The position numbers and the translations under genes are program-made. The notes below the pieces were generated by a model that searched no databases, was not told where the DNA came from, and was given only the letters and a program-made list of their open reading frames with translations. 64,000 nt of DNA from Deltaproteobacteria bacterium (lineage in GTDB: Bacteria > Desulfobacterota > Binatia > Binatales > Binataceae), in NCBI GenBank assembly GCA_021799495.1, contig JAJZAI010000002.1, positions 7,157-71,156 on the forward strand, given 5' to 3'. Shown in pieces: positions 47,814 to 57,148 of the stretch; position 1 is the stretch's first letter; every line of letters starts with the position of its first letter.

Positions 47814-48521
47814 ATGGGCCTGATTAGCACGATTCGCGAAGACATCCAGGCGGTATTCGATCGCGATCCGGCGGCGCGCACGACGTTTGAGGTGGTGCTG
47901 GCGTATCCGGGACTGCACGCGATCTGGTTGCATCGCGCGGCCCATTGGCTTTGGATGCGCAATCTGAAGCTGCTCGGGCGTATCGTTAGTGAACTTTCAC
48001 GGTTTCTGACCGGAATCGAGATCCATCCGGGGGCGAAAATCGGACGGCGTTTCTTTATCGACCATGGCATGGGCGTGGTGATCGGCGAAACGGCGGAAAT
48101 CGGCGACGACGTTTTGCTGTATCAGGGCGTTACGCTCGGCGGCACGAGCCTGCGCAAGGAGAAGCGTCATCCGACGATCGAGGACCACGTGATGATCAGC
48201 GCGGGCGCCGCGGTGATCGGACCTGTCACGATCGGTCATGGCAGCCGGATCGGCGCCGGCGCGGTGGTGGTGTCGTCCGCGCCGCCCTATTCGACGATCG
48301 TGGGGATTCCGGGCAAAATCGTCGAAGGCGATCGGCCGCAGAGCGATTTTGCCGATCTCGACCACGCGCGATTGCCCGATCCGGTGGCGCGCGCGATGCA
48401 GAACTTGGTGGACAAAATCAATCAGTTAAATATTCGTATGGAGGAAATGGAAGACCGGCAGAACTGCCTTGAGGACAAGGTTGCGCCCGCCGCTCATTTG
48501 CCCAACGGCGCGTCCCGGTAA
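47814..48521 (+). CDS. cysE: Serine O-acetyltransferase
   Basis: 235 aa with a SATase N-terminal helix region and hexapeptide repeats ([34 protein letters not shown]). Confidence 0.85.
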   Translation: MGLISTIREDIQAVFDRDPAARTTFEVVLAYPGLHAIWLHRAAHWLWMRNLKLLGRIVSELSRFLTGIEIHPGAKIGRRFFIDHGMGVVIGETAEIGDDVLLYQGVTLGGTSLRKEKRHPTIEDHVMISAGAAVIGPVTIGHGSRIGAGAVVVSSAPPYSTIVGIPGKIVEGDRPQSDFADLDHARLPDPVARAMQNLVDKINQLNIRMEEMEDRQNCLEDKVAPAAHLPNGASR

Positions 48522-48682
48522 AGCCAGGCGGATTCAGGGTTAGAGGATTCGCAATCGCGGTCTCGAAAAAATCAGAGCGTCTTTCGCTTATGTTCCAAGC
48601 CGCTCGACCTCCTTGGCTATCTTTAGAATCTTCGTTTCGTAAGATAGGCTAAGGCTCTTCAATTATTTCGTTGCATGTCGTG

Positions 48683-49867
48683 ATGCGCGTTTATCTCGAT
48701 CATAATGCCGGTTCGCCCGTCCGGCCATCCGTGCGGCGCGCGATTGCCCGATGCATGGAAGAAGAATGCGGCAACCCGGCCTCGGCGCATCGTTCGGGCC
48801 AGCGCGCGCGCCGGAAGTTGGAACGCGCGCGCGAGCGGGTCGCTGGGCTGCTCGGCGCTCGTCCGGAGACGATCGTTTTTACCAGTGGCGGCGCCGAGTC
48901 CAACAATCTCGCGATCTTCGGCGCCGCTCGGGCGGCTGGATCCCGGCGGCGAATCGTGAGTTCGGCGATCGAGCATTCGTCGATTCTCGCTCCGCTGGCC
49001 GATCTTGAAGCACGCGGTTTCGAGGTGGTTCTGCTTGCGCCCGATCGCGACGGCAGTATCGATGCGGAAAAGGCGGCCGCGGCGATCGACGACAGCGTCG
49101 CCTTGGTGACGCTCGGTCTCGTTAACGCCGAGGTCGGCGCGATCCAGCATGTGGCGCCGATCGCCGAAGCGGCGCGCCGCGCACGCGCGGTGTTCCATCT
49201 CGATGCGGCGCAGGCCGCCGGCCGGATGCCGATCGACGTGCGGTCGCTCGGATGCGATCTCATGACGGTGAGCGCGCATAAAATCGGCGGACCGTCTGGA
49301 ATCGGCGCGCTCTACTGCGCGGAAGAGGCGCGAATCGCTCCGATTATTTTGGGCGGGCCGCAGGAGCGCGGGATGCGCGCGGGCACGCCGAATCTGCCGG
49401 GCGCGGTTGGATTTGGCGCGGTGGCCGAAGAGGTCGCCAGCGCGCTTCACGCCGAAACTTCGCGTATCGCGTCGCTGGCGAACACGCTGCTGGAAGCTTT
49501 GTTCGCTGCGATTCCCGGACTGGAATTGAACGGCCCCCGCCGCGACAGGGTTCCGAACACGCTCAACCTGACATTTCCCGGCGTGCTTGGCGAAAGCCTG
49601 CTGATGGCGCTCGACCTGGAGGGTGTGGAGGTTTCGATGGGGTCGGCGTGCGCGGCCGGAGCGGTTGAGCCTTCGCATGTGCTGATCGCGATGGGCCGGA
49701 GCGCGAGCGCGGCGCGTAGTTCGTTGCGCATCAGCCCTGGATGGCCGACCACGGACGAGGAGATCGCCTTCGCCGCCGACGCGATCGCGCGAGTCTGGCG
49801 GCGCGTCGCCGAGGCGGAGCCGGTCGCGGAGATGCGCGATTCCGGCGCCGCGGAGACGCTGCGATGA
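48683..49867 (+). CDS. Class V aminotransferase-fold cysteine desulfurase (NifS/IscS-like, second copy)
   Basis: The ATG at 48683 lies within track ORF 48671..49867. It has YLDHNAGSP, the PLP-lysine SAHKIGGPSGIGALY and SMGSACAAG. Confidence 0.85.
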   Translation: MRVYLDHNAGSPVRPSVRRAIARCMEEECGNPASAHRSGQRARRKLERARERVAGLLGARPETIVFTSGGAESNNLAIFGAARAAGSRRRIVSSAIEHSSILAPLADLEARGFEVVLLAPDRDGSIDAEKAAAAIDDSVALVTLGLVNAEVGAIQHVAPIAEAARRARAVFHLDAAQAAGRMPIDVRSLGCDLMTVSAHKIGGPSGIGALYCAEEARIAPIILGGPQERGMRAGTPNLPGAVGFGAVAEEVASALHAETSRIASLANTLLEALFAAIPGLELNGPRRDRVPNTLNLTFPGVLGESLLMALDLEGVEVSMGSACAAGAVEPSHVLIAMGRSASAARSSLRISPGWPTTDEEIAFAADAIARVWRRVAEAEPVAEMRDSGAAETLR

Positions 49868-50955
49868 ACGGGCGGGTCCTGGTCGCGATGTCGGGCGGCG
49901 TGGACAGCAGCGTCGCCGCGGCGATTTTGCGCGAGCAGGGCTACGACGTGGTGGGAGTCGCGATGCGGCTTGCGCCGGAGCCGCCGGCCGGAACGATTCG
50001 GCGCAAAGCGACCTGCTGCTCGCACGACGATTTCGAGGATGCGCGCCGGGTCGCCGAGCGGATGGACTTTCCGTTCTACATCGTCGATTTGCGCGAGGAT
50101 TTCGCGGCGCGGGTGATCGGCAATTTCGTCGGCGAATACCTGGCGGGCCGCACGCCGAATCCGTGCGTGATGTGCAATCGCGAGATCAAGTTCGATCGGC
50201 TCTGGAGCCGCGCCAGAGCGATCGGCGCCGATTTTATCGCCACCGGCCACTACGCCCGAATCGAGCGGGACGGCGACGGCCGGCGGCGCCTGATGCGCGC
50301 GCGCGACGCCGCCAAAGACCAGTCGTATTTCCTGTTCGCGATGGATCGCGGCGAACTTTCGCGCACGCTGTTCCCGCTCGGCGCGATGACCAAGGCGGAC
50401 GTTCGCGCGCGCGCCCGGGCGCTCGGATTGCGCAACGCCGACAAGCCGGAGAGCCAGGAAATCTGCTTCGTTCCCGACCACGATTACGCCGCGTTCGTGC
50501 GCCGCGCCGCGCGATCGCGGACGCCCGCGCCGGGCCGGATCGTCGATTCCGACGGGCGCGAGTTGGGCCGCCATCCGGGGGTGCATCATTTCACCGTCGG
50601 CCAGCGCCGCGGACTCGGAATCGCGGCTGGCGAACCGCTCTATGTGCGCGAAATTCGCGCCGCGAGCGGCGACATCGTGGTCGGCCGGAAGCCGGAATTG
50701 AACGCGCGCGGCCTTGTTGCCGAGCACGTCAACCTGATCGATCCCGGACTCGCGGGCTGCGAAACTCCGGTGGAAGTGAAAATCCGCTACCGTCATCCGG
50801 GTCTGCCCGCGACGCTTCGCGCCTTTAGCGGCGGGCGCGCCGAAGTGCGCTTCGCCTCCGCGGGGCCCGCCGTGACGCCCGGGCAGGCGTGCGTTTTCTA
50901 TCGCGGCGACGAAGTGCTGGGCGGCGGCTTTATCGCGCGCGCGATCGCGGAGTAA
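49864..50955 (+). CDS. mnmA: tRNA 2-thiouridine(34) synthase
   Basis: The ATG at 49864 overlaps the desulfurase stop (ATGA). It has the PP-loop VAMSGGVDSSVAA, the catalytic context NPCVMCN and DQSYFL. Confidence 0.9.
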   Translation: MNGRVLVAMSGGVDSSVAAAILREQGYDVVGVAMRLAPEPPAGTIRRKATCCSHDDFEDARRVAERMDFPFYIVDLREDFAARVIGNFVGEYLAGRTPNPCVMCNREIKFDRLWSRARAIGADFIATGHYARIERDGDGRRRLMRARDAAKDQSYFLFAMDRGELSRTLFPLGAMTKADVRARARALGLRNADKPESQEICFVPDHDYAAFVRRAARSRTPAPGRIVDSDGRELGRHPGVHHFTVGQRRGLGIAAGEPLYVREIRAASGDIVVGRKPELNARGLVAEHVNLIDPGLAGCETPVEVKIRYRHPGLPATLRAFSGGRAEVRFASAGPAVTPGQACVFYRGDEVLGGGFIARAIAE

Positions 50956-50961
50956 TCAGTC

Positions 50962-52272
50962 ATGGCCCGGTTCGCGATCGCCACGCTCGGATGCAAGGTC
51001 AACCAGTACGATTCCGCGCTGATCGAGGCGCGGCTCGCGGCGCTCGGGATGGAACGGGCGGAATTCGATCAGCCCGCCGACGTCTATATCGTCAACACCT
51101 GCACGGTCACGGATCGCGCCGATGCGGAGAGCCTGCGGCTCGCGCGGCGCGCGCGGCGGCTGAATCCTGATGCGCGCGTGATCATGACCGGATGCCTTGC
51201 GCAGGCGAATCCGGAGCGGCTGGCCGGAGCGCATGAGGTTGACGCGGTCGTGGGACTGGGCCGTCATGGCGATCTGGAGCGCGCCGCGCTGAATCGCGCG
51301 TCCGAGCGCGTGATGGTCTCCAACCTGCGCAAGCATCGCGCGGATATCGAACTCGGCGCGGTCGCGCTCGAAGGCCATACGCGGGCGTTCCTTAAAGTTC
51401 AGGAAGGATGCGATCAGTTCTGCACGTTCTGCATCGTGCCGTTCTCGCGTGGACTATCGCGCAGCGTTCCTCCCCGCCGGATAATCGAGGCGATCGACGG
51501 CTTGCACGAGCGTGGTTTTCGCGAGGTAATCCTGACCGGAGTGCATCTGGGCGGCTACGGCCGCGATTTGGATCCGCCGGTCGCGCTCGAAGATCTGCTT
51601 GAAATGATCGGCGAGCGTTCGCCGATCGGCCGGATTCGCTTGAGTTCGATCGATCCCGAGGAGTTGAGCGATCGCGCGATCGCGATCGTCGCCGGCAACG
51701 CCAGATTCTGCCCGCATTTTCATCTGCCGCTGCAGGCGGGCGCCGACGAAGTGCTGGCGCGGATGCGCCGGCGGTACGATGTCGGCGGGTATCGCGAACG
51801 GGTGGAACGAATCGTCGCCGCGATGCCCGAGGCGGCGATCGGCGCCGACGTGATCGTCGGCTTTCCCGGCGAGACCGAGACAAACTTCAACGATTGCCTG
51901 AAGTTTATCGAAAGCCTGCCGCTGGCTTATCTGCACGTTTTCCCCTACTCGGTCCGCGCAGGCACGACGGCGGCCAAATTCGCAGATCGGGTACAATCGG
52001 GCGAGATTCGCCGGCGCGCGGCGGCGATGCGCGAATTGGGCGAGCGCAAGCGCCGGAATTTCGCTGCGCGCGCGGCCCAATCACGGCTTAAAGTATTACT
52101 TGAAGAACGAGTGGATGGCGGGCTGCGCGGCTACAGCCGCACTTACGTGCGCGTCACGGCCGAGGGGCCGGCGGCGCTGATCAATTCCGAAGTCGAGGTG
52201 GAGGGCACGTCCGTTGCGGGCGCTGAAGTGGTTGGCCGGATTATTCCGGAACCTCAAGCCGCGGGAGTCTGA
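50962..52272 (+). CDS. mtaB: MiaB-like radical-SAM tRNA methylthiotransferase (MtaB-type)
   Basis: 436 aa with an N-terminal UPF0004 domain (TLGCKVNQYDS, NTCTVT), the radical-SAM motif CDQFCTFC and a C-terminal TRAM-like region. Confidence 0.75.
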   Translation: MARFAIATLGCKVNQYDSALIEARLAALGMERAEFDQPADVYIVNTCTVTDRADAESLRLARRARRLNPDARVIMTGCLAQANPERLAGAHEVDAVVGLGRHGDLERAALNRASERVMVSNLRKHRADIELGAVALEGHTRAFLKVQEGCDQFCTFCIVPFSRGLSRSVPPRRIIEAIDGLHERGFREVILTGVHLGGYGRDLDPPVALEDLLEMIGERSPIGRIRLSSIDPEELSDRAIAIVAGNARFCPHFHLPLQAGADEVLARMRRRYDVGGYRERVERIVAAMPEAAIGADVIVGFPGETETNFNDCLKFIESLPLAYLHVFPYSVRAGTTAAKFADRVQSGEIRRRAAAMRELGERKRRNFAARAAQSRLKVLLEERVDGGLRGYSRTYVRVTAEGPAALINSEVEVEGTSVAGAEVVGRIIPEPQAAGV

Positions 52273-52975
52273 GCGGCCGCGCGCGCGCGATTACGCCGCG
52301 GCCGACCTGGAACGGACCCTCGGTTACGTGTTCCGCGCGCCCGCGCTGCTGGCGACCGCGCTGACCCATCCGAGCGCGGCGCCGCCGACCGAACCGAATT
52401 ACGAGCGGCTGGAATTCCTTGGCGACGCCGTGCTCGACCTGGCGATCGCCGACCTGCTGATGCGGCGGTTCCCGGAAGCGAAGGAAGGCGCGCTGTCGAA
52501 GGAGCGCGCGTCGATCGTCAATGGCCGCACGCTGGCGATCAAGGCGGCCGAAATCGGGCTGGGCGCGCGGCTGCGCCTGGGCAAGGGCGAAGAGAAGAGC
52601 GGCGGGCGCGACAAAACCTCGATTCTGGCCGCCTCGTTCGAGGCGGTGATTGGCGCGATTTTCACTGACGGCGGATTGGCGCCGGCGCAGCGGGTGGTCG
52701 AGCGCCTGTTCGCGAGCGATATTGGCGGTCCCGCGGCGGAACGGGACTACAAGACCGAGTTGCAGGAGATCGCTTACCGCCAGTTCCGTTCGCAACCGGT
52801 GTACGAGCTGGTTGCGACTCAGGGGCCCGACCACGCCAAGCGCTTTACCACCCGTATCAGGATTGGCGGGCGCGATTTGGGCGTGGGCGAGGGCGGCAGC
52901 AAAAAACAGAGCGAACAGGCGGCGGCGCGCGCCGCGCTGGACCTGTTGACGCAGGAGCGGGTTGGAAACGCCTGA
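52214..52975 (+). CDS. rnc: Ribonuclease III
   Basis: It has the signature ERLEFLGDAVLDL and a C-terminal dsRBD (GPDHAKRF...GSKKQSEQAAA). The start is TTG at 52214 or 52232, and either overlaps the mtaB 3' end. Confidence 0.85.
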   Translation: MRALKWLAGLFRNLKPRESERPRARDYAAADLERTLGYVFRAPALLATALTHPSAAPPTEPNYERLEFLGDAVLDLAIADLLMRRFPEAKEGALSKERASIVNGRTLAIKAAEIGLGARLRLGKGEEKSGGRDKTSILAASFEAVIGAIFTDGGLAPAQRVVERLFASDIGGPAAERDYKTELQEIAYRQFRSQPVYELVATQGPDHAKRFTTRIRIGGRDLGVGEGGSKKQSEQAAARAALDLLTQERVGNA

Positions 52976-53858
52976 AAACTATCGCGCCGGATTCGTGACG
53001 CTGGCGGGCCGGACCAACGTCGGCAAATCGACGCTGCTCAACCGCCTCGTCGGGCGCAAAGTCGCCGCCGTCACGCCGCGGCCGCAGACCACCCGTCGCC
53101 GGATCGTGGGAATCCGCACCGACGAACATTCGCAGATGATCCTGATCGATACGCCGGGATTGCATCAGCCGCGCGCCGCGATGAATCGCAGGATGGTTGA
53201 CACCGCCCGGCGATGCCTCGCCGAAGGCGAAGTTATCGCCGCCGTGATCGCGGCGAACGCGCCGCTTGGCGATGAAGATAGAGCGTTGCTCGAAAACGTC
53301 GCGGCGCTGGCGCGTCCGGCCGTGGTCGCCGTGAACAAAATCGATCTGGCCGCGCGGGAACGCCTGATGCCGTTGATCCAGAGCGTACATGATTTGATTC
53401 CCAGAGCAGAAATCGTGCCGGTGAGCGCGCTCAAGGGCGAAAATCTTGACGAACTGGCGCGCGTCATTTCCTCGCTGCTGCCGGAAAGCCCGCCCCTGAT
53501 GCCTGGCGACGAGTACACCGATCAGACCGAGCGGATGCTGGCGGAGGAGATCATTCGCGAGAAGATTTTCCTCGCGATGCGCGAGGAGATTCCTTTTTCC
53601 ACGGCGGTTCAGGTCGAAAATTTTATCGAGGAAACTGAGCGCAATCTCGCGAAAATCCGCGCGCTGATTATCGTCGGGCGCGAATCGCACAAAGGCATGG
53701 CGATCGGCGCGGGAGGCCGTCAGCTAAAATCGATCGGCACGGCCGCGCGCCTGGAACTCGAGGAGATGTTGGGACGCCGTATTTTTCTTGAACTTCATGT
53801 AAAGGTTGAAAAAGGATGGACCGGCGATCCGCGCAAGCTCAGGGAACTGGGGCTCTGA
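52962..53858 (+). CDS. era: GTPase Era
   Basis: The TTG start overlaps the rnc stop. It has G1 GRTNVGKSTLLN, DTPG and NKID, plus a C-terminal KH domain. Confidence 0.9.
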   Translation: METPENYRAGFVTLAGRTNVGKSTLLNRLVGRKVAAVTPRPQTTRRRIVGIRTDEHSQMILIDTPGLHQPRAAMNRRMVDTARRCLAEGEVIAAVIAANAPLGDEDRALLENVAALARPAVVAVNKIDLAARERLMPLIQSVHDLIPRAEIVPVSALKGENLDELARVISSLLPESPPLMPGDEYTDQTERMLAEEIIREKIFLAMREEIPFSTAVQVENFIEETERNLAKIRALIIVGRESHKGMAIGAGGRQLKSIGTAARLELEEMLGRRIFLELHVKVEKGWTGDPRKLRELGL

Positions 53859-53859
53859 G

Positions 53860-55314
53860 ATGGCGCGCGGGAGCAAAGCGGCCGGGCGATCCTCGGAAAT
53901 CGTGGCGCAGGCCGCCGCCGGCTTGCCGGTGGTGGTTTTGGTCGGCCGCGCCAACGTCGGCAAATCGACGCTGTTCAACCGGATTGTCGGTCGCCGCCGC
54001 GCGATCGTGAGTCCGGTCGCCGGCACCACGCGCGATCTGAATATCGGCCGCGCGACCCATGGCGAGCGCGAATTCATGGTGGTCGACAGCGGCGGACTCG
54101 AACTTTACGCCGCCCAGCCGGCCACCGAACGCGCCGTCGCGGAGGCGCTGCGGGCGGTCGCGGCGGCGGACGTGGTGGTGTTCGTCGTCGATGGCCGCGA
54201 GGGGGTGATCAGCGCCGACGCCGAAGCGCTCGAACTGGTGCGCGAAACCGGACGGCCGGCTCTGGTCGCCGTCAACAAGGTTGACCACGCCGGACAGAGC
54301 GCCGCGGTGGCCGACGCCTACGCGCTGGGCGCCGTCGATGTGGTTTGCGTTTCGGCCGCGCACGGCCTCGGCGTTGGCGATCTGCTCGACGCGATCGAGG
54401 CGCGGCTGCCGCGGCGCGAAGTCGGGCCTGAAGCGCGTCCGGATTTGCGAGTGGCGCTGATCGGCCGGCCGAACGTCGGAAAGTCTTCGCTGTTGAACCG
54501 GCTCGCCGGCTTCCAGCGCGCGATCGTGGACGACCGGCCGGGAACCACGCGCGATCCGGTTGACGTGCGCCTGAACGCGGGCGGCCGCGACGTTTTGTTG
54601 ATCGATACCGCGGGAATCCGCCGGCCGGCGCGAATCGAGGAGAATCTCGAGCAGTTCTCGGTCGGCCGCGCGATCGAAACGATCCGCCGCGCCGAGGTGC
54701 TGATTCTGGTCATTGATGCGTCGGAAGGCGTGACCGACCAGGACGCCCGGCTGGCGCGGCTGGTCGAGAGCAACGACCGCGCGATGGTGATCGTGTGCAA
54801 CAAATGGGACGTCGCGGCGCGCGCCGGCAAGCGCGTGCCGGTGTTCGTTCGCGACGCCTATGATCGCCATCCGTTTCTGGAGTTCGCCCCGATCCTGTTC
54901 ACGAGCGCGATTACCGGCGACGGCGTCGAGCGGATTATTCCGGCCGCGGCGCGGGCGGGCGAGGCGTGGCGCGCGACATTCCAGACCGCGCATCTTAACC
55001 GCATCCTGGCGCAGGCGCTGGCGGCCACCGATCCGCCGCTTATCGGACGGCGGCGGCTGCGCCTGATGTACGTGACGCAGACCGGCAGCGCGCCGCCGCG
55101 CTTTACCTTCTTCGTCAACCTGGAGCGCGACATTCCGGTTCATTACATCAGGTTTCTGGAAAATCGGTTCCGCGAGGCGCTGGAGCTCGCGAATGTCGGC
55201 ACGCCAATCCGCCTCGAATTTCGGCGGACCGGACGATCGTGGGCCGAATCGCGCGAACGCTCCGGGGACTCTTCGGATGCGGCGCGGCCGCGTCCGTCGC
55301 AAACCCGGCGCTAG
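53860..55314 (+). CDS. der: Ribosome-associated GTPase Der (EngA)
   Basis: The ATG at 53860 lies within track ORF 53806..55314. It has tandem GTPase domains (GRANVGKSTLFN; GRPNVGKSSLLN) and a KH-like C-terminus. Confidence 0.9.
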   Translation: MARGSKAAGRSSEIVAQAAAGLPVVVLVGRANVGKSTLFNRIVGRRRAIVSPVAGTTRDLNIGRATHGEREFMVVDSGGLELYAAQPATERAVAEALRAVAAADVVVFVVDGREGVISADAEALELVRETGRPALVAVNKVDHAGQSAAVADAYALGAVDVVCVSAAHGLGVGDLLDAIEARLPRREVGPEARPDLRVALIGRPNVGKSSLLNRLAGFQRAIVDDRPGTTRDPVDVRLNAGGRDVLLIDTAGIRRPARIEENLEQFSVGRAIETIRRAEVLILVIDASEGVTDQDARLARLVESNDRAMVIVCNKWDVAARAGKRVPVFVRDAYDRHPFLEFAPILFTSAITGDGVERIIPAAARAGEAWRATFQTAHLNRILAQALAATDPPLIGRRRLRLMYVTQTGSAPPRFTFFVNLERDIPVHYIRFLENRFREALELANVGTPIRLEFRRTGRSWAESRERSGDSSDAARPRPSQTRR

Positions 55315-55318
55315 AGAA

Positions 55319-55512
55319 GCTCTGCACAAGTCCGCATGGTCGATATGAGCATGAGAAGGTTTTTTTCCGGAGAGCAGCCGCTTCTAAATCCTGTGGAATC
55401 CGAAATCTTCAATTGCCATCGGCATTTTTGTCATTCTGAGCGGAGCGAAGAATCCCGGGATGCTTCACTCCGCCGCGCTTCGTTCAGAATGACAAACTGG
55501 CTTGTGCAGAGC
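55319..55512. repeat. Outer 12-bp inverted repeat enclosing a structured ~194-bp element
   Basis: gctctgcacaag (55319..55330) is the exact reverse complement of cttgtgcagagc (55501..55512). Confidence 0.7.
55428..55495. repeat. Imperfect palindromic (REP/MITE-like) element
   Basis: ttgtcattctgaGCGGAGCGAAG ... CGCGCTTCGTtcagaatgacaa. The arms have 12 bp of perfect pairing plus partial pairing beyond. Track ORF 55336..55542 (..CHSERSEESR..SFRMTN..) is its spurious translation. Confidence 0.7.
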
Positions 55513-55611
55513 GCCCCCAGGTTTTCCGGGCGAAGCTGTTGAAACCAATCCGGAGCGAGGCTTCGCCGGTCTGCGCCGGTCGGCTATATTTTTCAGGCAA
55601 GGCGTAGCCGC

Positions 55612-57144
55612 GTGATCCTGATTCTCGATTTTGGCAGTCAATACACCCAATTAATCGCACGCCGCGTGCGCGAAGCGCGCGTCTATTGCGAAATCCATCC
55701 GTACAATTTTTCGATCGAAAAAATCCGGGCGCTCAATCCCACAGGCGTTATCCTTTCGGGCGGACCGGCGAGCCTTTACGAATCGGGCGCGCCGGATATC
55801 GCGGACGAAGTGCTGAACGCCGGATGGCCGGTGCTGGGAATTTGCTACGGGCTGTACGTGATTGCGCAGCATCTGGGCGCACACAGCGCCGGCGCGCATG
55901 CACGCGAATACGGGCCGGCGATTTTGAAGATCGACGGAGACGATCCGCTTTTCGCCGGACTGGATTCGCGCGAGCAGCGGGTCTGGATGTCGCATGGCGA
56001 TCGCGTGGAGCGGATTCCGGCGGAACTGAAGCCGATCGCCCATACGGACAACTCGCCCTATGCCGCGGTGCGATCGCGCGACGGCCGCCTGCGCGGGATT
56101 CAATTCCATCCCGAGGTGGTCCATACCCCGAACGGCGCCAGAATTCTCCGCAATTTCGTGCTTGGCGTATGCGGCGAGCGCGGCGATTGGACGATGGCCG
56201 GGTTCGTCGAAACCAAGCTTGCGGAAATCCGCGCGCGCGTCGGCGAGCATGAGCGGGTGCTGATGGCGCTTTCGGGCGGCGTGGATTCTTCCGTCGCGGC
56301 GGTTTTGATCCATCGCGCGATCGGCGACCGCTTGCGATGCGTCTTCGTCGATACCGGACTGCTCCGCGCCGGCGAACGGGAGCGGATGGAGCGCACGTTC
56401 GCGGGCCAGCTTGGAATACCGCTCAGAATCGCCGACGCGTCGGACCTGTTTATCGAACGACTGGCGGGAGTGCTCGATCCCGAACAGAAGCGCCGGATTA
56501 TCGGGCATACGTTCATCGATGTATTCGAGCGCGAAGCCGCCGCGATCGGAGGCGCGCGTTTCCTCGGCCAGGGCACCCTTTATCCCGACGTGATCGAGTC
56601 GGTCTCGTTCAAGGGGCCGTCGGTCACGATCAAAAGCCATCACAACGTCGGAGGATTGCCCGAGCGAATGCGGATGGAATTGGTCGAACCGCTGCGCGAA
56701 TTGTTCAAGGACGAGGTGCGCGAGGCCGGCCGCGAACTAGGCCTCGATTCCACCGTGGTCGATCGCGAGCCTTTTCCGGGACCTGGCCTCGCCGTGCGGA
56801 TTGTCGGCGAAGTCACGCGCGAGCGGCTCGATTTGCTGCGCCGCGCCGACGCGATTGTGATCGAAGAAATCGCCGCGGCCGGTTTCGGACGGCGCCTGTG
56901 GCAGGCGTTCGGCGTGTTGCTGCCGCTGAAAACGGTCGGCGTGATGGGCGACGGGCGCAGCTACGAGAGCGTAATCGCAATTCGCGCGGTCGAGTCGCAG
57001 GACGGGATGACGGCGGACTGGGCGCGGCTCGATCCCGATTTTCTGGCGCGCCTTTCCAGCCGAATCACGAACGAAACGCGCGGCGTCAACCGGGTCGTGT
57101 ACGACATCACCTCGAAACCGCCCGCGACTATTGAATGGGAATAA
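55612..57144 (+). CDS. guaA: GMP synthase (glutamine-hydrolysing)
   Basis: 510 aa with a GTG start. It has a GATase domain (ILDFGSQYTQLIARRVRE, GICYG), the PP-loop SGGVDSSV and the C-terminal EWE. Confidence 0.95.
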   Translation: MILILDFGSQYTQLIARRVREARVYCEIHPYNFSIEKIRALNPTGVILSGGPASLYESGAPDIADEVLNAGWPVLGICYGLYVIAQHLGAHSAGAHAREYGPAILKIDGDDPLFAGLDSREQRVWMSHGDRVERIPAELKPIAHTDNSPYAAVRSRDGRLRGIQFHPEVVHTPNGARILRNFVLGVCGERGDWTMAGFVETKLAEIRARVGEHERVLMALSGGVDSSVAAVLIHRAIGDRLRCVFVDTGLLRAGERERMERTFAGQLGIPLRIADASDLFIERLAGVLDPEQKRRIIGHTFIDVFEREAAAIGGARFLGQGTLYPDVIESVSFKGPSVTIKSHHNVGGLPERMRMELVEPLRELFKDEVREAGRELGLDSTVVDREPFPGPGLAVRIVGEVTRERLDLLRRADAIVIEEIAAAGFGRRLWQAFGVLLPLKTVGVMGDGRSYESVIAIRAVESQDGMTADWARLDPDFLARLSSRITNETRGVNRVVYDITSKPPATIEWE

Positions 57145-57148
57145 CATT

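Noticed and set aside
55319-55512. Interpretation of the nested inverted repeat as a MITE.
   Set aside because: No target-site duplication flanks the 12-bp terminal repeats, and I found no second copy in this window. The element is reported as a structured repeat only.
55336-55542. 68-aa ORF (..CHSERSEESRDASLRRASFRMTN..).
   Set aside because: It is a read-through of the palindromic repeat element. It has no SD, and its two halves are mirror translations of the inverted-repeat arms.
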